Positions 9,229-15,630 of a DNA stretch of 15,630 nt are shown here, piece by piece. The translations under genes were made by a program, and so were the position numbers. The notes below the pieces were generated by a model. It saw only the letters and a program-made list of their open reading frames with translations. It did not search any database and was not told the origin of the DNA. Source of the stretch: a bacterium (lineage in GTDB: Bacteria; Methylomirabilota; Methylomirabilia; CAVQYV01); contig JAZDMQ010000004.1 in the NCBI GenBank assembly GCA_043800755.1, positions 1-15,630 on the forward strand. Direction: 5' to 3'. Position 1 is the first letter of the stretch. Every line of letters begins with the position of its first letter.

Positions 9229-10518
9229 ATGGGAGCCACATTTCGTTGCCAAAGGTCGATCCTGGAGGGGAAGGTTCAAGTTCCGGCCTCCAAGTCGCAC
9301 ACCATTCGGGCGGTGGTCATCGCTAGCTTGGCGGCCGGCGAGAGCAGGATCCTGGGCCCCCTGGACTCTCGGGACACCGGGGCAGCAGTTCGGGTCTATC
9401 GAGGGCTGGGGGCCGAGATCGAGGCCGGACCTGATTGCTGGTCGGTAAAAGGGACCGGGGGGGAGTTGAGCACCCCGGTCGATGTCCTGGATGTGGAAAA
9501 CTCCGGCACCACCTTGATGATGGCCCTGGGCTCCTGTGCCCTCCTCAGAAAGGGCTATGCAGTCCTCACCGGGGATGCCCAGACCCGCCGTCGGCCGGCC
9601 GATCCCCTGGTCTTTTCCTTGAATCACCTGGGGGCCTGGGCCTTTTCCACCCGTGAAAACGGGCGGGCCCCCTTCGTGGTGCGGGGCAGGCTGCGGGGGG
9701 GCACGACCTCCCTCGAGGCGCATTCCAGTCAGTACCTGTCCAGCCTGCTGCTCAACGCCCCCCTGGGGGAGGGAGAGGCCCACGTCCAGGTGCCCCTGCT
9801 CAACGAGCAACCCTATGTGGAGATGACCATGGATTGGATGAGGCGCCAGGGGATTTCATTCGAGCAGGAGGGACTGCGGGAGTTTCGGATCTTAGGGGGT
9901 CAGGCCTACCGGCCCTTCCAGCGGCGGATCCCGGGAGATTTCTCTTCCGCCACCTTTTTCCTGGCAGCCGGGGCCTTGGCGGAAAACGATATCACCTGCT
10001 GTGGTCTGGATATTAACGACCCTCAGGGAGATAAAGCGGTCATCGATTATTTGAGGCTTATGGGGGCCCAGGTGGAGGTCGAGGGGGAGACGGTGCGGGT
10101 TCGGGGCCGGGGCCTCTCCGGGGCAGATATCGACCTGAACCAGACCCCGGATGCCCTTCCCATGATGGCCGTCCTGGGCTGCTTCGCGAAGGGTAAGACC
10201 CGCCTTCTCCATGTCCCCCAGGCACGCATCAAGGAGACGGACCGCATTGCGGTGATGGCCCAGGAATTGAAGAAGATGCGGGCCCGGATCGAAGAGACGG
10301 CGGATGGCCTTCTCATCGAGGAGAGTGAACTAAAGGGAACGGAGGTCCACGGGCATGGAGATCATCGGGTGGTTATGGCCCTGGCCGTGGCCGGACTCAA
10401 CGCCTCCGGGGATACCAAGATCGATACGGCTGAGGCCGTGGCCGTCACCTTTCCCCAGTTTGCCGATTGTATGGTGAGATTAGGGGCGAGGATCGAGGTC
10501 GGTCAGCAGGCGGCATAG
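9229..10518 (+). CDS. aroA: 3-phosphoshikimate 1-carboxyvinyltransferase (EPSP synthase)
   Basis: PASKSHTIR, NSGTT, RRRP, SSQYLSSLL, PGDFSSA, PDALP, RIKETDR and DHRVVMA motifs; 429 aa. SD AGGAG precedes the ATG. Confidence 0.96.
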   Translation: MGATFRCQRSILEGKVQVPASKSHTIRAVVIASLAAGESRILGPLDSRDTGAAVRVYRGLGAEIEAGPDCWSVKGTGGELSTPVDVLDVENSGTTLMMALGSCALLRKGYAVLTGDAQTRRRPADPLVFSLNHLGAWAFSTRENGRAPFVVRGRLRGGTTSLEAHSSQYLSSLLLNAPLGEGEAHVQVPLLNEQPYVEMTMDWMRRQGISFEQEGLREFRILGGQAYRPFQRRIPGDFSSATFFLAAGALAENDITCCGLDINDPQGDKAVIDYLRLMGAQVEVEGETVRVRGRGLSGADIDLNQTPDALPMMAVLGCFAKGKTRLLHVPQARIKETDRIAVMAQELKKMRARIEETADGLLIEESELKGTEVHGHGDHRVVMALAVAGLNASGDTKIDTAEAVAVTFPQFADCMVRLGARIEVGQQAA

Positions 10519-10547
10519 CGCAAGAATAGGCGAAAGGGAGGCATACC

Positions 10548-11864
10548 ATGTTGGGTTGTGACATCGGGACGCTTTTCAAAGTGACGGTGGCCGGCGGGTC
10601 TTATCAGGAGGGGATGATGGTTCATCTCCAGGGCGTGCCGCCCGGGATGCGGATTACCGAGGAGGAGATCTACAGCGACCTCCTCCTGAGAAAGCCGGGC
10701 CAGGATGAGCTCACTTCCCCCCGGAAAGAGCCGGACATTCCCATCATCTATAGCGGGGTGAACGCCGCGGATACGATGGAGGGGGAGAACAACAAGGGGC
10801 TGACCAACGGGTCTCCCTTCGTCATCCTGATCCCCAATCTGGATCGCCAGGCCATCCACATCGAGCAATACCAGAGGAGCAACCGGTTTCCCCGACCGGG
10901 CCATGCCTCCTATGCCTCATTTCAGAAGTACGGCATGTGCGACGATTCCGTCGGGGCGGGCATCTTCAGTGGGCGCTACACCTGCACCATTGTGGCCGCC
11001 GGGGCCCTGGCGAAGAGGATACTGCGAGAGCATGGGATCGAGGTGACCGCGTACATCAAAGAGGCAGCGGGGATAAAGGCCCGGGAGATGCCCCTGGATG
11101 CCATCCGGGAGAAGGTAGCTGCCTTCCGCAGGGTGCGCAGGGATCATGATCCGGTCTATGCCGCGATCTACGCCAGGGAGCGGATCAGGCCCGAGATGCG
11201 CTTCTTGGAGAAAATGGCCATCCTCTCCCAATTCGAAAAGATCATGGCCGAGAATCAGGTGAAGGTCCTGGACGAGCAACGGGTGAAGGAGGAGCACCAG
11301 ATCCATCCCAAATTGAATTGCCCGGATCTGGAGGCGGCGGAGGAGATGTATCAGAGGATTATCGCCATCAAGGAGCAGGGCGACTCGTCCGGCGGGGTGA
11401 TCGAGGTGCAGGCTACCGGGCTGCCCGCCGGCATGGGGGAGCCGGTATTCCGGAAGCTGGATGGGGAATTGGGCCGGATGCTGTCTATCGCGGCGGTGAA
11501 GGCGGTGGAGATCGGGGCGGGAGTGGGGGTGAAGGATATGACCGGCTCTTTGTGCAATGACGAGATGTTCGCCCAAGGGGGCAAGGTTTCCTTCGGCTCC
11601 AATCATGCCGGAGGTCTGGCCGGCGGCTTGACCACCGGGCAGACCCTGATCGCTCGGGTGACGGTCAAGCCCACTCCCACCATCGGCAAGGATCAGCGCA
11701 CCATCGACAAGGTCAGCCTGGAGAATGTGGTATTGAAGGCAGTGACGCGCCGTGATCCTACGATCGTCCCCCGGGTGTGGCCGGTGGTGGAGGGTTTCCT
11801 GGCGATTATCCTTCTCGATCAGTACCTGCAACACCTGGCCTATCAGACTCTTTGGAGGAGCTGA
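10548..11864 (+). CDS. aroC: Chorismate synthase, divergent long variant
   Basis: PRKEPD, SGV, TNGSP, PRPGHA, VAAGALAK, CPD, GDSSGG, GMGEPVFRKLD, AVKAVEIGAG, SNHAGG..GG, KPTPTI and RDP motifs, directly after aroA. Some canonical motifs are altered (see findings). Confidence 0.88.
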   Translation: MLGCDIGTLFKVTVAGGSYQEGMMVHLQGVPPGMRITEEEIYSDLLLRKPGQDELTSPRKEPDIPIIYSGVNAADTMEGENNKGLTNGSPFVILIPNLDRQAIHIEQYQRSNRFPRPGHASYASFQKYGMCDDSVGAGIFSGRYTCTIVAAGALAKRILREHGIEVTAYIKEAAGIKAREMPLDAIREKVAAFRRVRRDHDPVYAAIYARERIRPEMRFLEKMAILSQFEKIMAENQVKVLDEQRVKEEHQIHPKLNCPDLEAAEEMYQRIIAIKEQGDSSGGVIEVQATGLPAGMGEPVFRKLDGELGRMLSIAAVKAVEIGAGVGVKDMTGSLCNDEMFAQGGKVSFGSNHAGGLAGGLTTGQTLIARVTVKPTPTIGKDQRTIDKVSLENVVLKAVTRRDPTIVPRVWPVVEGFLAIILLDQYLQHLAYQTLWRS

Positions 11865-11899
11865 GGGAATCAGGGCATATCGATTGAATGGAGGACTCG

Positions 11900-12550
11900 A
11901 TGGCAGAGCTCAAATTTAGCGACAATTATAACGACCTGTGCGTCGAATCGGGCGTGAGCGCGGGCTTTCAATTCGAGTTTTACTGCGAGCGTTGCAACGA
12001 TACCTGGCGCACGGAGTTCGTCCCCTATCGGGGCGGTCGGGCGTCGGGTTGGGTAGGAAAGGCGACCGGTTTATTTGGCGGCTTGCTGGGCCAGGCCGGA
12101 GACGCCCTGGAGGGCCTGGCAGAATCGCGCTGGGGCCAGGAGAGAGACCAGGCCTTCAAGGCCGCCGTCGACCAGGCCAAGGATCATTTCCATCGCTGCG
12201 CCCGGTGCTATCAGTATGTCTGTGATATCTGCTGGAATCGGGAGAAGGGACTGTGCCTGAACTGTGCGCCTAGCGCCGAGGTGGAGATTGAGGCGGCCCG
12301 GGCCGAAGGGGAGGTGTACGCGGTCGGTGAAAAGGCGGCCCTGGAGGGCATCCAGCGGGGCAAGAAGATGGATGTCAAGGCCAGCCGCCAGCTGGTCTGC
12401 CCGCAATGTGGTGCAGAGACCAAGGGTGCCAAGTTCTGCCCGGGATGTGGAGCCAAACTGGCGGTGAGCGCCCGCTGCCCAGCCTGTTCTGCCGAGGTCT
12501 CGCCCGGGGCCAAGTTCTGCCCGGAATGCGGGAAGAAGATGGGCCCGTGA
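11900..12550 (+). CDS. Cys-rich zinc-ribbon protein (C-terminal double zinc ribbon), function unknown
   Basis: Eight CxxC pairs: CERC, CARC, CDIC, CLNC, CPQC, CPGC, CPAC, CPEC, with AKFCPxCG repeated twice. The SD GGAGG at 11890-11894 favours ATG 11900 over 11888. Confidence 0.85.
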   Translation: MAELKFSDNYNDLCVESGVSAGFQFEFYCERCNDTWRTEFVPYRGGRASGWVGKATGLFGGLLGQAGDALEGLAESRWGQERDQAFKAAVDQAKDHFHRCARCYQYVCDICWNREKGLCLNCAPSAEVEIEAARAEGEVYAVGEKAALEGIQRGKKMDVKASRQLVCPQCGAETKGAKFCPGCGAKLAVSARCPACSAEVSPGAKFCPECGKKMGP

Positions 12551-12588
12551 TGGGCTTTCTGGTTCAGGGGAAGGGAGGGGTCTGAAGG

Positions 12589-15285
12589 ATGCCGGTAGAT
12601 CTGCAGCGGACCCCATTGAATGCCTGGCACCGTGGGCACGGCGGACAGATGGTGGAGTTTGGCGGATGGGAGATGCCCGTTGCCTATCAAAGGGGGATCG
12701 TCGAAGAGCACCTGAGCACCCGCCGATATGGTGGGCTGTTTGACATTTCCCACATGGGTCGTTTCCTGATCCGGGGAGAGCAGGCCATTCCCTTTTTGCA
12801 GGAGGTCCTGACCAACAACGTACTGGCCTTGGATCCTGGCATGGCCCAATACACCTTGATCCCCAACCAGAGGGGCGGGGCGATTGACGATGCCTATCTT
12901 TACCGCTGGGACCAAGGTGATCGGTCAGGATCGGCAGAGTACCTCCTGGTGGTCAATGCGGCGAATAAGGAGAAAGACTGGGAGTGGTTCCAGGGACATC
13001 AAAAGAGATACCCTCACCTCTCGTTCGAGGATAAGACGGAGGAGATCGCCATGATTGCGCTCCAGGGCCCTTGCAGCAAGGAGTTCCTGGAGAAGATCCT
13101 GCAGGAAAACCACTCCCGCCTTCCCGAGCCGGGGAGGAACCGCTTGAGGGCCTGCCAGGTGGAAGGGTCCTCGGTGATGATCTCGCGCACGGGTTATACT
13201 GGGGAGCCCCTCTGCTTTGAGCTCTTCCTGCCGAGGGAGAAGGTCACGGTCCTCTGGGAGAAGATCCTCTCCCTGGGGGAGGCAGAGGGGATCGTCCCGG
13301 TGGGCCTGGGGGCGCGGGATACGCTGAGGTTGGAGGCCGGCCTTCCCTTGTATGGCCATGAATTGGGATTGGATGCGGAGGGAGAGGAGATCCCCATCTA
13401 TGCCGTTCCCTCCTGCGGGTCAGCGGTGAGCTTTTCTCCGCTGAAGGGGGATTTCATCGGTAGGGAGGCCTTGAGACGCCAATTCGAGGAGGTGAAATCG
13501 AGGGTCCAGGGAGATCTCCAGCCGCCCAAGGAGGAACGGGTCATCCGCAAGAGGATGGTGCCGGTTGCCATCCTGGGCCAGGGCATTGCCAGGCAAGGGT
13601 CTGAGGTCTTCGTGAGAGAAGAAATGGTGGGGTGGGTGACGAGCGGGACCATGATCCCCTATTGGAAATTCCCGGCCCAGGGGCTCCTGTCCAGACCATC
13701 CCCGGAGAGAGGGATGAGAGCGATTGCCCTGGCCTATCTCGATGCGGATTCGAAGAAGGGGCAGAAAATAGAGGTCCGGCAGAGGGGAAGGTCTTTGAAA
13801 GGGGTTATCGTGGAGAGGCACCTCTCCCTGGAGGCCCCGCCCTATGCCCGGCCCCTCCTGGTCAATGAGACTCCTTCAAAAAGACTGGATTCAGGAGGGG
13901 GGTCTGGTTTAGAGGATTCGGCAAGGAAGTTTATGGATCGGGTGATCCAGAATACCCACTGGAGACAGAAAGAGACCATCAACCTCATCCCCTCAGAGCA
14001 GACCCCCTCCGCCCTGGTTAGATCTCTTGCCATGGCCGATCCCTCGGGCCGGTACGCCGAGCACCGCCTGCTCAAGGCCCTGGGGGAAGAGGTCTTCTAT
14101 TATCAGGGGACGAGATTGATCGCGGAGGTGGAGGCGGATCTGGCCAAGGAGCTTCGGGACTTCCTCGGGTGCTCGGAAGTAGAGATACGCCTGATCAGTG
14201 GTCAGATGGCCAACACGACAGCCTTCGGGGGATTGGTGGATTTCCTCAACCACGGAGATCGCAAGAGCGAGCCCCGCCGGATCCGAAAGGTGATGAATCA
14301 TCATCTGGGGAAGGGGGGCCACCTCAGCGCACAGTCGATGGGCGCGCTGAAGGATTTTGTGGCCATTGATCCTTGGACCGACCGGCCGGCGGTCGTCCAT
14401 TTCCCGGTGCGGGAAGAGAATCCCTACCAGATCGACCTGATAAAGGCCGGGGAGCTGATCGAGCGACACCGCCCGGAGTTGATCCTCCTGGGCAAGAGCA
14501 TGATCCTCTACCAGGAGCCGGTAAAGGAGATCGCCCAGATGATCTCCGGGATGAGGCCGAGGCCGATCCTCCTCTATGACATGGCCCATGTGTTGGGTCT
14601 CATCGGCCCCCTCTTTCAAGAGCCCTTCGCGGAAGGAGCTGACCTGGTGACCGGCTCCACCCACAAGACCTTTTTCGGCCCGCAGAGGGGGATCATCGCG
14701 AGCAATATGGGAGAGGAAACGGAATACGCCGATCTCTGGAAGGCCATTACCCGTCGGGCCTTTCCGGGGAGCGTCAGCAATCATCATTTGGGGACGCTCA
14801 TCGGCCTCCTCATGGCGGCCTACGAGATGAATACCTATAAATGGGATTATCAGCGGGCCACCCTCTCCAATGCCCGGGCCTTTGCCTTGGCCCTGAAAGA
14901 GGCGGGATTGAAGGTGGAGGGGGATCCCGGGAGGGGATACACCGAGACCCACCAGGTGATCCTGCGGGTCGGCTATGGAAAAGGGCCGGAGGTGGCGCAG
15001 CGGTTGGAGGAGAACAACATCATCGTCAACTACCAGGCATCGCCAGATGATGAAGGCTTCACTGCGGCCAGCTGCCTGCGGATGGGGGTGCAGGAGATGA
15101 CCCGCTTCGGGATGGGGAAGGAGGACTTCTGCCAATTGGCCGAACTCATGAGCGAGGTGATCCTGCGCGGGGCGAGGGTGGCGCAGGAGGTCTCTCGCTT
15201 CAGAAAGAGATTCACCGAGATGAGATATTGCCTATCTGAGGAGCAGACCGCCTCCTGGATGGCCCAGCTCATGGCAAATGCATAG
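12589..15285 (+). CDS. gcvT-glyA: Fusion protein: glycine-cleavage aminomethyltransferase (GcvT) plus serine hydroxymethyltransferase (GlyA-like)
   Basis: N-terminal ~425 aa: RTPL, MVEFGGWEMPVAY, FDISHMG, GGAIDD, SRTGYTGE, GLGARDTLRLEAGLPLYG, FIGREAL, VTSGT. C-terminal ~455 aa: INLIPSE, RYAE...YYQG, SGQMAN, GGHLS, DMAHVLGL, GSTHKTFFGPQRG (PLP Lys, codon 14665-14667), FPG, LRMG. The frame is uninterrupted. Confidence 0.95.
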   Translation: MPVDLQRTPLNAWHRGHGGQMVEFGGWEMPVAYQRGIVEEHLSTRRYGGLFDISHMGRFLIRGEQAIPFLQEVLTNNVLALDPGMAQYTLIPNQRGGAIDDAYLYRWDQGDRSGSAEYLLVVNAANKEKDWEWFQGHQKRYPHLSFEDKTEEIAMIALQGPCSKEFLEKILQENHSRLPEPGRNRLRACQVEGSSVMISRTGYTGEPLCFELFLPREKVTVLWEKILSLGEAEGIVPVGLGARDTLRLEAGLPLYGHELGLDAEGEEIPIYAVPSCGSAVSFSPLKGDFIGREALRRQFEEVKSRVQGDLQPPKEERVIRKRMVPVAILGQGIARQGSEVFVREEMVGWVTSGTMIPYWKFPAQGLLSRPSPERGMRAIALAYLDADSKKGQKIEVRQRGRSLKGVIVERHLSLEAPPYARPLLVNETPSKRLDSGGGSGLEDSARKFMDRVIQNTHWRQKETINLIPSEQTPSALVRSLAMADPSGRYAEHRLLKALGEEVFYYQGTRLIAEVEADLAKELRDFLGCSEVEIRLISGQMANTTAFGGLVDFLNHGDRKSEPRRIRKVMNHHLGKGGHLSAQSMGALKDFVAIDPWTDRPAVVHFPVREENPYQIDLIKAGELIERHRPELILLGKSMILYQEPVKEIAQMISGMRPRPILLYDMAHVLGLIGPLFQEPFAEGADLVTGSTHKTFFGPQRGIIASNMGEETEYADLWKAITRRAFPGSVSNHHLGTLIGLLMAAYEMNTYKWDYQRATLSNARAFALALKEAGLKVEGDPGRGYTETHQVILRVGYGKGPEVAQRLEENNIIVNYQASPDDEGFTAASCLRMGVQEMTRFGMGKEDFCQLAELMSEVILRGARVAQEVSRFRKRFTEMRYCLSEEQTASWMAQLMANA

Positions 15286-15431
15286 CGGGCGCAACCCCGG
15301 GAGCAAACCTCTTCTGAGGCGAGGGATTACAGAGACTCACCTATTGCGAGAAGGATAGGGGAAGGATTGAGTGGGCCTGGAGGGGGTGAGGGATCGTACC
15401 TCCCCGAAACAAGGATTCTCCAGAGTTTATT

Positions 15432-15461
15432 TTGACATCTTAAACTTGATTATAGTAATAT
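15432..15461 (+). promoter_or_regulatory. Putative sigma70 promoter for the downstream gene
   Basis: TTGACA (15432-15437), an 18-nt spacer, then TAATAT (15456-15461), in an AT-rich island within GC-rich DNA. Confidence 0.6.
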
Positions 15462-15482
15462 ACCAATAACAGGTTGATACCA

Positions 15483-15630
15483 ATGGACGCAAACCTGAGA
15501 AGACCCACGCTCCTCCTCTCCTACGCCAACCTGGCCATTGGCGCATTGCTGATCTTGGGGACCCTTTTCTTCACCCGGGACATCATGTCCCTTTTCATGG
15601 TGAAGGAGAAGAAGGCGAAGGAACCCTGGA
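15483..15630 (+). CDS. Partial CDS with an N-terminal transmembrane segment, 3'-truncated; possibly GspC-like
   Basis: Open to the window end: MDANLRRPTLLLSYANLAIGALLILGTLFFTRDIMSLFMVKEKKAKEPW. A basic N-terminus, hydrophobic helix and charged linker follow a promoter. The GspC resemblance is only an impression. Confidence 0.55.
   Translation, partial: MDANLRRPTLLLSYANLAIGALLILGTLFFTRDIMSLFMVKEKKAKEPW

Noticed and set aside
11091-11300. AroC insertion as an intein
   Set aside because: It is too short and lacks the Cys/Ser start and His-Asn end splicing motifs.
12551-12588. Glycine riboswitch upstream of gcvT
   Set aside because: The spacer is only 38 nt and has no aptamer core.
15300-15370. 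Faint glycine-aptamer-like words (GGAGCAA...GAGGC...AGAGAC...GAAGG)
   Set aside because: The conserved CUCUCAGG and CCGAAG cores are missing, and the region lies downstream of the glycine gene and upstream of the next promoter.

Overview
GC-rich bacterial chromosomal window in which every credible gene lies on the + strand. In order: the 3' part of an M23 peptidase; a short intergenic stretch with a probable relic mobile-element end and a sigma70-type promoter; a protein quality-control cluster (clpB, single-PDZ HtrA/DegP-family protease, Hsp20, lon); a family III CoA-transferase followed by tandem intrinsic terminators; a second apparent operon (aroA, an atypical 438-aa aroC, a multi-CxxC zinc-ribbon protein, and an 898-aa GcvT-SHMT fusion); and the start of a membrane-anchored protein cut by the window edge. 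The strongest candidate for an under-described system is the second operon. It combines a glycine-cleavage T-protein/SHMT fusion, a chorismate synthase with altered catalytic motifs plus a large insertion, and a palindromic, alternatively folding leader. No rRNA, tRNA, CRISPR array or intact transposase was seen. All calls come from reading motifs by eye; no database search was run, so novelty is unverified.
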